The notes under the pieces were generated by a model. The model was not told the origin of the DNA and made no database searches. It was given only the letters and a program-made list of their open reading frames with translations. Position numbers and translations under genes: made by a program. This document shows positions 46,936-56,456 of a stretch of DNA of 64,000 bases, piece after piece (position 1 is the stretch's first letter; the number at the start of each line of letters is the position of its first letter). The stretch covers positions 248,001 to 312,000 of the IMG/VR virus record IMGVR_UViG_3300020469_003050, one strand, 5' to 3'.

Positions 46936-47643
46936 ATGATTTCCTATAAATTTTTACAATATAACACGGATAACCTCCGCCTCGGATGGCCTATCCTTGA
47001 ACAGTTAGCTGGACAAAGCGACTTTTTATTACTACAAAGATTTCCAAAAGATAAACAAAAAGAACTATGCAACATAACTGGCAAAGCATTCTTAGGTGAA
47101 AGTGTAACGAATAAAAATTTATCACTTGCTATAGGTAGAGCAAATGGTTTAAGTTCAGTTGGAGGTATAGAAACTATAAACTTACCAAGTAGTCAACTAG
47201 TACAAGCAGTTGGTAATGAATGGCAAGGATGTAGTGCCCTAAAAGGTATGTATAATAATAAATTATTAGTTTCAGCATTACCTTGTTATCCCGAATCAAT
47301 TGGAGAATTTCCAATATCAAAGGCAGATAACGAAAAAGATATAAAATTTCTTTTAGAAACATTCAAAGATGAGCCTACTATTATTGCAGGTGATTTTCAT
47401 TTTAGTCCAGAAGACAATGCGATAAATGACTTAATAGAAGCAAATGGATTTAAGAGTTATTTGGATGGACATAAGACATTCAAATCCTCAAGCAATGGAC
47501 AAATGATGAATTTAGATAAATTATTATGTAACTTTCCTATTGACATTTCGGATATAATAGTGCATAATACAGATATAGATATACAACAAGGACATTTTCC
47601 TATAACGTATACATTGAGTTGGGAAGCAAACCCAAAAGACTAA
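46936..47643 (+). CDS. Endonuclease/exonuclease/phosphatase (EEP)-fold protein, degenerate
   Basis: LQYN, DFLLLQ, IIAGDFH, LDKL, GHFPI. Confidence 0.65.
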   Translation: MISYKFLQYNTDNLRLGWPILEQLAGQSDFLLLQRFPKDKQKELCNITGKAFLGESVTNKNLSLAIGRANGLSSVGGIETINLPSSQLVQAVGNEWQGCSALKGMYNNKLLVSALPCYPESIGEFPISKADNEKDIKFLLETFKDEPTIIAGDFHFSPEDNAINDLIEANGFKSYLDGHKTFKSSSNGQMMNLDKLLCNFPIDISDIIVHNTDIDIQQGHFPITYTLSWEANPKD

Positions 47644-47656
47644 TATGAGGACATAA

Positions 47657-48334
47657 ATGAATTTAAAAATCTTACACGAATTAGATAGAATTCTAAAACA
47701 CAATCCAAGTTTGCAATCAAATAAACACACACTTTGCCAAGTTGTAAATGGTGTATTTGATATTGAACTAAAGCAAATTGATAATACAGAGGTTCATGCA
47801 CTAGCAGAGCAAATTGATAGAGAAGTGTTGTCAAACTATTTTAGTAGAGTTTGGCAACCTGAAACAAAGAAATACAAATATAGCGGTCTTTCAATCATAG
47901 ATGAAGTGAATGCAATGAACCCTGATAATGTAGTCGATATTGGTTGTGGTTATAACGAGTTCAAAGGAAAGATTAGTAATCTAGTTGGTATTGATCCGTA
48001 TAATGATAGAGCGGATATTAGTGTACATACATTAGATTATAAACCAGACGTTGAATTTGATGTTGCCATATGTTTAGGTAGTATTAATTTCGGTAGCAGT
48101 GATAAGATACTTAATGAACTTGAAAATGTAGTAAACATGGTCAAGTCAGGCGGGCTCTTATATTTCAGAGTTAATCCTGGTATTCAACATGATAAACCAG
48201 CGGCTAAATGGATTAACTTTTATGATTGGGATCCAATCTTCATTTCAAATGCCGCAGAACATCTTAATTGTAACGTATTAACATTACGCCAAGACGAAGG
48301 CGATAGATTTTATTTTGTTTTACGTAAAAAATAA
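47657..48334 (+). CDS. Class I SAM-dependent methyltransferase
   Basis: VVDIGCG, VGIDPY, FDVAICLGS, VKSGG. Confidence 0.8.
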   Translation: MNLKILHELDRILKHNPSLQSNKHTLCQVVNGVFDIELKQIDNTEVHALAEQIDREVLSNYFSRVWQPETKKYKYSGLSIIDEVNAMNPDNVVDIGCGYNEFKGKISNLVGIDPYNDRADISVHTLDYKPDVEFDVAICLGSINFGSSDKILNELENVVNMVKSGGLLYFRVNPGIQHDKPAAKWINFYDWDPIFISNAAEHLNCNVLTLRQDEGDRFYFVLRKK

Positions 48335-48372
48335 GCATATATAATTATATACGAATATAAATGATAAATAAA

Positions 48373-48492
48373 AGTAATACGGAGCCGTATTACTAATACA
48401 TGTATTGCAGAGTTGCAACATGTCTTATCTCACTTAAATCAAAAACAAGAAATAGGATATGGGTGTAATATGCAATTCCATATACTATTCTT
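48373..48492 (+). promoter_or_regulatory. Structured 5' leader of the tctC operon
   Basis: After late box 48363; AGTAATACG/CGTATTACT and two further stems. Confidence 0.4.
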
Positions 48493-48521
48493 TATAACTA
48501 AACTACATAAAGGAGAAATAT

Positions 48522-49577
48522 ATGTTTAGAAAATTAGTAATGACAGTTGCATTGACTTTAGGTCTAGCAACATCGGCATTAGCTGATTATACATTGATTG
48601 TTCCTCAGGAGCCTGGTAAAGGTACTTCTGTATGGGGAGAAATCATTGCTAAGAACTTAGAAAAGTTCATCGGTGAACCAGTCGTAGTTCGACATATCCC
48701 AGGTGCAAGAGATATTCCTGGATTCAATAAATTCCACAAAAGCCTACGTTTTGATGACAAAACAATCATGGTTGCACACGGTGGTAACGGTGTATCATAC
48801 TTACTAGATAAAGTTGATTACAATTATTTCGATTATGAACTAATTGGTTCAATGAACAATGATATCGTTCTTGGTAAGCATGAAGGCGCAAGTGAAAAAG
48901 AAGACCATTGGACAATCGCAGGCGGATCAGGTTTCGAACCAGATGCGGCGGCAGTTGCAATGTTAATCTGTGGACCAACAGGTAATAATTCAGTTGATGA
49001 TTATCTAGCATGTTGGAGAGAACGTGTAACTTGGGTTAACGGCGTATCAGGCGGTGAAAAACGTCTTGGTTTTAAAAACGGCGAATTCGATGTAGCACGT
49101 GAATCACCAGCGGCATGGAAACGTTTCTATGAAGGTATTGAAGGTAATGAACTATGGTTCACACACGGCATCCTAGACTTAGAAAACAATGTACAAATGG
49201 CAGATCCAAACTTCCCTAACACACAGTTTGAGGATGTATACGAGTCACTATGGGGCGAAAGACCATCAGGTGATTTATATCAAGCATATAAACTAACTCG
49301 TAACTGGCGTGATGCTATTCAAAAATCACTTTGGATGAACAAAGGTAACCCAAATGCGGCAAAAGTTAAAGCGGCTGTAACTGAAATGATTAATGATCCA
49401 GTTGCAAGTGCAGAGATTTATGCTAAGACTGGTGTTTACCCTTGGATTCAAGATGGACCAGCTTTATTGGCGGCTTTGAAATCTTTAATTACAGAGAAAG
49501 CACTTAAAGATGCGGTTCGTTGGAACCAAGAAGCATATGGCTTCCCATCAATCTATAAGCCTGAACTTTTAAACTAA
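48522..49577 (+). CDS. Tripartite tricarboxylate transporter substrate-binding protein (TctC/Bug-like)
   Basis: Signal peptide; LIVPQEPGKGT..IAKNLEK..PVVVRHIPGA; GG..GEFDV. Confidence 0.75.
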   Translation: MFRKLVMTVALTLGLATSALADYTLIVPQEPGKGTSVWGEIIAKNLEKFIGEPVVVRHIPGARDIPGFNKFHKSLRFDDKTIMVAHGGNGVSYLLDKVDYNYFDYELIGSMNNDIVLGKHEGASEKEDHWTIAGGSGFEPDAAAVAMLICGPTGNNSVDDYLACWRERVTWVNGVSGGEKRLGFKNGEFDVARESPAAWKRFYEGIEGNELWFTHGILDLENNVQMADPNFPNTQFEDVYESLWGERPSGDLYQAYKLTRNWRDAIQKSLWMNKGNPNAAKVKAAVTEMINDPVASAEIYAKTGVYPWIQDGPALLAALKSLITEKALKDAVRWNQEAYGFPSIYKPELLN

Positions 49578-49587
49578 GGATATAGCT

Positions 49588-51096
49588 ATGGATTATGTTA
49601 TCTGGGCATTAATTGGCACCTGTTATGGAATGCTAGTTGGTATTATACCTATCGCAGGTGTAACTACCGCCCTGATAACTGTCTTTAGCATGGGAGCATA
49701 CTTTATGGCCGACCCCTATTTGGGGTTGGTCTTTTTAACGGCTATCGTGGCAAGTTGTGCCAGTGCAGATAGTTACACAAGTATTCTTACTGGTATTCCA
49801 GGCGCAAGTACAACTGCGGCATGTGTTATTGATGGTTATCCTATGGCGAAGAAAGGCCAAGCGGCCAGGGCAATGGGAATTGCTATCGCAGATTCAACAT
49901 TTAATGGTGTAGTATTTGCGGCTCTAACCTTTTTCTTACTTCCTTATTATGGGAAAGTAATTGTATTATTTGGTCGTCCAGAATTTCTGGGCTTCATGTT
50001 GATGGCACTTGCATGTGTAGGTTTCGTTGCAAGTAAGAATGTTTTCTTAAGTATCTGTGCAATCATATTTGGATTATGTGTGGGTATGGTAGGAGAAGAT
50101 GTTGTAAGTAATCCTAGATTAACATTTGGTTGGGAATATTTACAAAACGGAATAGGCATGGTTGTTCTATTATCAGGTCTGTTTGGTGTTCCAGAATTAT
50201 TAGATGGATTTAGAAGAAAACTAAAATCAGCGGCACCTCCAATGGAAGGAAGTTATTGGGAAGGGCTAAAAGAAGGTTTTGGTGATGTTCGAAAGAATTG
50301 GAAAGATATGATGCGTGGTGGTCTAATTGGTTTTGTTACTGGTTTGTTACCAGGTGTAGGAGGCGCAGTAGGTGACTTCTTAGCATACGGTGCCACAAAA
50401 GCCGCACATAAAGATAAAGACCAAGAAGTACCTTTTGGATCAGGGAATCCAGTAGGGTTATTAGGCTGTGAAGGAGCCAACAACGCACAGAAAGTATCTA
50501 GTATGATACCTGCTTGTTTGTTTGGTATTCCAGCGGCGCCATTTGCGGCTATGGTTATGGCAATCTGTATGTATTTTGGTATGGAAATCGGTACACCTAG
50601 TTTACTAGATGATATTCAATTTACAAATAGTTTAGCATTTGGATATATCTTTGGAACTATTGGTGTAGCACTATTAAGTATATTCTTATACAAATGGATT
50701 CTTAAAGTACTAGAAGTTCCTTTCTGGATTTACGCAACATTTATTTTAGCAGTAATTGTTTATGCTAATATGCAATACACAGGTGGTTGGGAAGACCTAG
50801 CCTTACTGGCTATATTAAGTGCTATTGGTGTTGTATGTAAAATATACAATATTAGTAGACCAGCTATTCTTGTTGCATATGTTGTAGCATTTAAAATTGA
50901 TGAGTATTTTTGGGGAACATTACAGTTGTATGGTTACAAACAATGGAAACCAGGGTTAACTTCAATGTCAGATTTTAGATGGTTTGACTTATTCAACATT
51001 TATAATCACCCTATCTTTCTTGTGTGTATTCTTATAGCTTTAGGAATATTCATAAATAGTCTTGTAAGAAAAGATAAAGGACTCGATTATACATGA
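49588..51096 (+). CDS. Tripartite tricarboxylate transporter large permease (TctA)
   Basis: SILTGIPGASTTAACVIDGYPMAKKGQAARA, GLLPGVG, EGANNA, GIP. Confidence 0.9.
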   Translation: MDYVIWALIGTCYGMLVGIIPIAGVTTALITVFSMGAYFMADPYLGLVFLTAIVASCASADSYTSILTGIPGASTTAACVIDGYPMAKKGQAARAMGIAIADSTFNGVVFAALTFFLLPYYGKVIVLFGRPEFLGFMLMALACVGFVASKNVFLSICAIIFGLCVGMVGEDVVSNPRLTFGWEYLQNGIGMVVLLSGLFGVPELLDGFRRKLKSAAPPMEGSYWEGLKEGFGDVRKNWKDMMRGGLIGFVTGLLPGVGGAVGDFLAYGATKAAHKDKDQEVPFGSGNPVGLLGCEGANNAQKVSSMIPACLFGIPAAPFAAMVMAICMYFGMEIGTPSLLDDIQFTNSLAFGYIFGTIGVALLSIFLYKWILKVLEVPFWIYATFILAVIVYANMQYTGGWEDLALLAILSAIGVVCKIYNISRPAILVAYVVAFKIDEYFWGTLQLYGYKQWKPGLTSMSDFRWFDLFNIYNHPIFLVCILIALGIFINSLVRKDKGLDYT

Positions 51097-51839
51097 TACA
51101 CAAAACAAATTGGTCTAAGACCTTAAAAGACCCGTCTGAATTCGAATCGAATTGGGATTGGACAGTAGCACATAGCGAATATCATTTTGACGATAACAAA
51201 GTTGATAAAGAAGGTGAATGGTTTAAGGTTTTAGGCCGATTTGATAATCCAGATTTGTGGAAAGAAGATAGAGATAAATTAGTTGAGCAATCAACAAAAG
51301 CAATTAATTGGGAAACTCGTAAATTCTACGGAGATAGAGAAGACGAGTCCCCAATGTTGAAACAAGAAGAACATGATATTGCACAAGGTGGTGGGGACCC
51401 TAAAAAACTTATGCTTACAAATATGAAAGATGAGTTAGAAGATTATCCAATGCTTGTTAAAATGAAAGAACACTTTGGAGTAATAGGCGGAAAAGACGAA
51501 TTAAAATACCGGGCCCATGTACAGTTAACAGGTCAAATGTTTAATTTACATATTGATAAACTATGGGATAGATGTATCGATGATCCAGAACAAGTATGTC
51601 GTATTACATTTTTCTTAGATGATTGGAAACCAGGACAGTTTTATATGTATGGAAATTGTATCTACGAAAGATGGAAAGCTGGTGAGGCTCATATTTTTGA
51701 TTGGGCTAACGCACCACATGCCACTGCAAACGCAAGTAATTTTCCTAGACCAAGTATTCAGATTACAGGATTAAAATCTGAAAAGACTAGAGAAATCATT
51801 GCTAACGGATCACGTGATACAGTATGGACACTAGAGTAA
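51093..51839 (+). CDS. 2OG-Fe(II)/Asp-beta-hydroxylase-like oxygenase
   Basis: LHID, WKAGE, PHATAN, R..Q.TG. Confidence 0.7.
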   Translation: MIHKTNWSKTLKDPSEFESNWDWTVAHSEYHFDDNKVDKEGEWFKVLGRFDNPDLWKEDRDKLVEQSTKAINWETRKFYGDREDESPMLKQEEHDIAQGGGDPKKLMLTNMKDELEDYPMLVKMKEHFGVIGGKDELKYRAHVQLTGQMFNLHIDKLWDRCIDDPEQVCRITFFLDDWKPGQFYMYGNCIYERWKAGEAHIFDWANAPHATANASNFPRPSIQITGLKSEKTREIIANGSRDTVWTLE

Positions 51840-52024
51840 GAAGCCTTGTTAAAACTGTATCTTGGAGATTAACAGGAACTCTTTGTACATTTTTAATCAG
51901 TTATGCAATACTACGTGATTTAACTATCAGTGGTTCTATTGCAGTAATTCAATTAACAGCCAACACAGTTGCATTCTATATACATGAACGTATATGGAAC
52001 CTAGTAAAATGGGGTAAACGTTGA
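51824..52024 (+). CDS. DUF2061 small membrane protein
   Basis: RSLVKTVSWRL..FYIHERIWN..WG. Confidence 0.85.
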   Translation: MDTRVRSLVKTVSWRLTGTLCTFLISYAILRDLTISGSIAVIQLTANTVAFYIHERIWNLVKWGKR

Positions 52025-52662
52025 AACCAATATTAACAATAATGACAGGTCCACAAGGAAGTGGTAATCATTTATTCAGTAAAGTATTAGGACAAAATAA
52101 AAATATATTTGTATGGCCGAATCTACAAGAAAAATATTGGGAAGGACATGATTTAGAACCCTTTGCAGAATGCTGGAAAGACCCATCAAAACTAAAAGAT
52201 TTTGATTGGAGACAAAGCAATTATTTCATCACAAGTATCAGTTGTCCTTATTTTGATGATGGAGTAGAAACTATACCACAATATAATGAGTTTATAAATA
52301 TAGCGAAGAAATTTGCTGATATTCAATTTCTTATACTTGGTAGAGATAGAAACATTATGAAATTGCAACAAGAACGTGTAAGAGGAAAACATACTACTCC
52401 TGAATTTATGACACAAATAGATAGTATAATTTTTAATTTTAGGACTATCTTTGCAAGCCAAGAAATGTTATACTTATATAAGTTAAATTATCTACAGTGG
52501 TTAGAAAAAGAATTAGGATTGTATCCAATAGAAATAACATTAGACGATATTAAATTATTAGATGTATTACGTAAAGATGCAAATGAAAAATACATATCAC
52601 AAACAGAGTCAGAACTAGACGAAGTAATAAAATTAGCAAGTAGTCGGAAAGGGGCAATATGA
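52021..52662 (+). CDS. Sulfotransferase-like P-loop protein
   Basis: TGPQGSGNHLFSKVL (5'-PSB-like), ILGRD (3'-PB-like). Confidence 0.55.
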   Translation: MKPILTIMTGPQGSGNHLFSKVLGQNKNIFVWPNLQEKYWEGHDLEPFAECWKDPSKLKDFDWRQSNYFITSISCPYFDDGVETIPQYNEFINIAKKFADIQFLILGRDRNIMKLQQERVRGKHTTPEFMTQIDSIIFNFRTIFASQEMLYLYKLNYLQWLEKELGLYPIEITLDDIKLLDVLRKDANEKYISQTESELDEVIKLASSRKGAI

Positions 52663-53150
52663 AAATTTTAATATTTGGTTTACCAGGAAGTGGCAAGAGT
52701 ACTCTTGCTGAACCATTAGCAAAACTTCTTGGAGGGTTTCATGTCAACGCAGATAAAGTACGAGAAAAATATGAAGGACATGATATGAGTAAATGGGACT
52801 TTAGTCCTGAAGGACGTATGAGACAAGCACAAAGAATGAAATTCATTAGTGATGGTGTAGTTATGGCTGGCAAAATTGCGGTTGCTGACTTTGTTTGCCC
52901 CACACAAAAAGCAAGAAAAGAATTTGGTGCAGACTTTACAGTGTGGATGGATACTATTGAAGAAGGTAGATACGAAGATACAAACAAAATGTTTGAAAAG
53001 CCTAGTGCCTATGAAAGAGATTATCATGTCGCAAAATGGTTTGATGATACTCATGTACAGTTAGTACCTATCGTAGAAAGATATATGAAGAAAACATCAA
53101 CAACACCTGTAGGATACAGTGCATGGAGATTAGATAATGACGATATTTAA
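52659..53150 (+). CDS. cysC: Adenylyl-sulfate (APS) kinase-like protein
   Basis: GLPGSGKSTLA, NADKVR, DFSPEGR, DFVCP..R, FEKP. Confidence 0.8.
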   Translation: MKILIFGLPGSGKSTLAEPLAKLLGGFHVNADKVREKYEGHDMSKWDFSPEGRMRQAQRMKFISDGVVMAGKIAVADFVCPTQKARKEFGADFTVWMDTIEEGRYEDTNKMFEKPSAYERDYHVAKWFDDTHVQLVPIVERYMKKTSTTPVGYSAWRLDNDDI

Positions 53151-53547
53151 TACATTTAAACCCACAACACAAATGCTAGGTAGATGGCAACCCTGGCATG
53201 ATGGACATACTGAATTATTTAAACGTGCATTAGCAGAAACAGGGCAAGTTTGTATTCAGATTAGAACTGTGCCACAACAAGAAGATGCAAGTGGAGGGCG
53301 TACAGTAGTACAAGATGATAATCCTTTTATTGCTACAGATGTAGAAGAAAACATTAAGAAAGAATTAGAAAAAGTAGGATATACATATGGGCATGAGTAT
53401 ATCATAATGAGAGTGCCTAATATAGTAGATATTAGCTATGGAAGAGGCGTAGGTTATACGTTCACAGAACATGACTTAGGAAAAGAGATACATAGTATTA
53501 GTGCTACAAAAATACGAGCAGAAATGCGAAAGGAAGGCAAATTATAA
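53137..53547 (+). CDS. HIGH-family nucleotidyltransferase (cytidylyltransferase-like / minimal ATP sulfurylase candidate)
   Basis: GRWQPWHDGH, ISATKIR. Confidence 0.8.
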   Translation: MTIFNTFKPTTQMLGRWQPWHDGHTELFKRALAETGQVCIQIRTVPQQEDASGGRTVVQDDNPFIATDVEENIKKELEKVGYTYGHEYIIMRVPNIVDISYGRGVGYTFTEHDLGKEIHSISATKIRAEMRKEGKL

Positions 53548-53575
53548 ATTGACTTTATAATTTGAATTTGTTATA

Positions 53576-53800
53576 ATGAACATAGTATATATTAAATACG
53601 CAAGTGCAATCTTAATATTAGTTGCCATGGTTTTACATGTTGCAGGTATTACACCATGGAATAGTATCATACAAATGATAGGAGCAAGTGGTTGGATATA
53701 TGTGGGCTATAAATGGAATGAAAAAGCAATTATATTAAATTTCTTACCACAGTTTGCAATCATAATACCAATGCTAATATGGATTTATTGGATTAGTTAA
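53576..53800 (+). CDS. Small membrane protein (DUF6552-like)
   Basis: GWIYVGYKWNEKAIILN. Confidence 0.6.
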   Translation: MNIVYIKYASAILILVAMVLHVAGITPWNSIIQMIGASGWIYVGYKWNEKAIILNFLPQFAIIIPMLIWIYWIS

Positions 53801-53810
53801 GGAAAATAAA

Positions 53811-54524
53811 ATGACAGTAGGTGTAATCTCCGCAATCCCAGAAGAATATTCAAAGTTAAGGTGGGATAGTGAACCAAGAACTGAAACGATTATCAATAAG
53901 ATTTTTCAATTCGGTACAATGAATGATGTAAAAGTTATTGCCGCAGAATGCGGTATTGGTAAAGTTAATGCAAGTATGACAACTTCATTGCTTTTAGGAC
54001 ATTTCGGATGTGATAGTATCATATTCTCAGGTGTAGCAGGAGGGTTAAATCCAAAATATAACATTGGTGATGTATTAGTTGCAGAACAACTTATTCAGCA
54101 TGATTATGGTGCAATAGTAAATGGTCAAGTAATTAGTGCTATACCGGGTAGTTTCCCAGGCATGGTAGATGAGAACGAAGATGTATCATATAAAATGTCA
54201 TTAGACATGCGTGAAGCAATCAAAAGAAATGTAGACGATGATATAAAGTTTGGTAGAATTTTAACAGGTGATACATACCTTGCTTGTTCTAAAACAAGAG
54301 AAATGTTTCATAAACAATTTAAAGCAGATGCAATAGAAATGGAAGGAGGAGCAATCGCTCAAGTGTGTTGTAATTGGCATAAACCATTTGTTGTTATACG
54401 TGTATTAAGTGATTTATCAGGAAATGATTCGCATTTCGATTTTAATGAATTTGTTGACGAAAGTTCAGCAAAGTCGGCAATAGTTGTAAATAGACTATTA
54501 CCGGTATTGGACGCATGGGCATGA
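53811..54524 (+). CDS. mtnN: 5'-methylthioadenosine/S-adenosylhomocysteine nucleosidase
   Basis: GIGKVNA, SGVAGG, QHD, TGD, EMEGGAIAQ, RVLSD. Confidence 0.93.
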   Translation: MTVGVISAIPEEYSKLRWDSEPRTETIINKIFQFGTMNDVKVIAAECGIGKVNASMTTSLLLGHFGCDSIIFSGVAGGLNPKYNIGDVLVAEQLIQHDYGAIVNGQVISAIPGSFPGMVDENEDVSYKMSLDMREAIKRNVDDDIKFGRILTGDTYLACSKTREMFHKQFKADAIEMEGGAIAQVCCNWHKPFVVIRVLSDLSGNDSHFDFNEFVDESSAKSAIVVNRLLPVLDAWA

Positions 54525-54964
54525 TTGAGAAATTTGAAGATACTCCTTTTGAAAAAAATAAACAAAAAGTAATAGAAGAAACAGAATACTATAAAGCATT
54601 TGAAGACAAATGGCCCGTATGTGAAGGTCATTTGCTTTTTGTTCCTAAAGAAAATAACACAAAATTCATTACAATAGCCCTACAAGCAACTGTCCAGTAT
54701 GGTGAAAAGCTAATTGAAGAAGGTAAAATCGATGGTTATCATTTTGGAATGAATATGAGAAAGCCAGCTGGTCAATCAGTTATGTGGCCTCATGTTCATT
54801 TTATGCCAAGAAAAGAAGGCGATATAGAAGGTTTTCCCGGAAGTGTAAGATTTGCAGTTAGAAATGGCAAAGGCCCATCGTACTATATGGAACACCCTAA
54901 ATACAAAGAAGAATTTATTGAAAAACATCAAAAAGAAATAGAAGAGGACGGATTTAATTTTTAA
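54521..54964 (+). CDS. HIT-family nucleotide hydrolase
   Basis: PVCEGHLLFVPK, AGQSVMWPHVHFMPR. Confidence 0.88.
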   Translation: MIEKFEDTPFEKNKQKVIEETEYYKAFEDKWPVCEGHLLFVPKENNTKFITIALQATVQYGEKLIEEGKIDGYHFGMNMRKPAGQSVMWPHVHFMPRKEGDIEGFPGSVRFAVRNGKGPSYYMEHPKYKEEFIEKHQKEIEEDGFNF

Positions 54965-56406
54965 TGAATGATAAAACTTTCTGCATTGCTCCATGGCATG
55001 ATGTTCATATTATAACAGACGGAACATTCAAAGGGTGTTGCGTGATGAACCACGGAGAAGTAGGAGGGAGACTTTTAACTAACGGTGTTGTTCACACAGT
55101 AACAGATAGTGGTGTGAATGGTGCAATGAATTCTGATACAAGTAAAGAATTAAGATTAGATATGCTACAAGGTAAATGGCATACTAATTGCACACGATGT
55201 AAAAATGAAGAAGCATCTGGTATGCGTAGTATGAGACAGTTATACGGAGACAGATGGAAAAACTTTACATACAAAGATGCAGAGAAAATAACTAATTTAG
55301 ATACTGGCGAAATACCAGTAGACCACAAACCTTTCTATTATGATATTCAGTTAGGTAATTTATGTAATCTTAAATGTAGAATTTGTAATCCACTAGTTAG
55401 TTCTGCTTGGATACCTGATTACATGAAAATGATGAGATTAGGTAATAAAGCTGAGATTAAAGTAAGAGGCGGTAAGAAACCTTTTAAGATTGATATTGAA
55501 CACGTAAAAGGTAAACAATATAATATTTCACCTAATCCATTTGCGTGGGCAGAGTCAGATGAATTTTGGGAACAAATGTCTGCTATTAAAGGAGAGATTG
55601 ACCATCTATATTTGATTGGGGGCGAACCAATGATGATTCATAGACACTTTAAGTTTTTAGAAGAATGCGTAGAAAGTGGTGATGCGAGTCATATTACATT
55701 ACAGTATGATACTAACTTAACAAACATTCCTGAAAAAGTTATGGGATATTGGTCTCATTTTAAATCTCTAATGATTGGTTTTAGTATTGATGGCATGGGT
55801 CCAGAGTTAGAATACATGAGACACCCTGTAAAGTGGTCGCATATTCTTAGAAATATAAACAGAGTAGAAGAATTTGCAAAGAAAAATGATAACGTTAAGT
55901 TAAATGATTCTATCACAATCAATACATATAACGTACTTCATATACTTGATTTCATTGAATGGAAAGTAAAAGCAGGTAAAAATGATTATGAATTTTTATG
56001 GCAATGGCATGATGAGAACTTTTGTGCCCATCCATTGCATGGTCCTGATTTTTTGTGTGTTAAGACTATGCCATTGAGTGCTAAAAAATATGTTACTCAG
56101 AGATATTACGAATGGCGTGATAAAATGCATGAATGGTGTGATAGTATTGATTACTACACAAAGAGGCGTAAACCAGAAGATATCAAAATTGCAGTAACTA
56201 AGTTTGTCGATAGATGGGTAGAATTCATCAACCAAGAAGATTGGTCTCATAGAGTATGGAAATTCTGGGAGTATACGAATGACCTAGATGAAGTCAGAGG
56301 TGAGAATTTTAAAGAAGTATTCCCTGAACTTGCTAAGATTATGTGGGATTATCCAAAGAAACCTAGCTGGATGTTTGCCCCTACGAATACGTATCCAACA
56401 GAATAA
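54964..56406 (+). CDS. Radical SAM protein with N-terminal SPASM/twitch-like domain
   Basis: FCIAPW..GCC..CTRC; NLCNLKCRIC; GGEP; SIDG. Confidence 0.9.
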   Translation: MNDKTFCIAPWHDVHIITDGTFKGCCVMNHGEVGGRLLTNGVVHTVTDSGVNGAMNSDTSKELRLDMLQGKWHTNCTRCKNEEASGMRSMRQLYGDRWKNFTYKDAEKITNLDTGEIPVDHKPFYYDIQLGNLCNLKCRICNPLVSSAWIPDYMKMMRLGNKAEIKVRGGKKPFKIDIEHVKGKQYNISPNPFAWAESDEFWEQMSAIKGEIDHLYLIGGEPMMIHRHFKFLEECVESGDASHITLQYDTNLTNIPEKVMGYWSHFKSLMIGFSIDGMGPELEYMRHPVKWSHILRNINRVEEFAKKNDNVKLNDSITINTYNVLHILDFIEWKVKAGKNDYEFLWQWHDENFCAHPLHGPDFLCVKTMPLSAKKYVTQRYYEWRDKMHEWCDSIDYYTKRRKPEDIKIAVTKFVDRWVEFINQEDWSHRVWKFWEYTNDLDEVRGENFKEVFPELAKIMWDYPKKPSWMFAPTNTYPTE

Positions 56407-56456
56407 TAAGAATACTGATAAATAGTCGTAGTTATCTATTTAAGGAGGACACAACT

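Noticed and set aside
53549-53577. Leaderless start at the TTGACT-17-TATAAT promoter before 53576
   Set aside because: The ATG lies inside the -10 box rather than at +1, so it was not counted among the leaderless cases
43179-54524. Bacterial chromosome fragment or chimera
   Set aside because: Host-like genes are interleaved with phage genes, carry the same GATAAATA late boxes, and lack cellular operon context (no rpmI-rplT after infC, clpP far from clpX)
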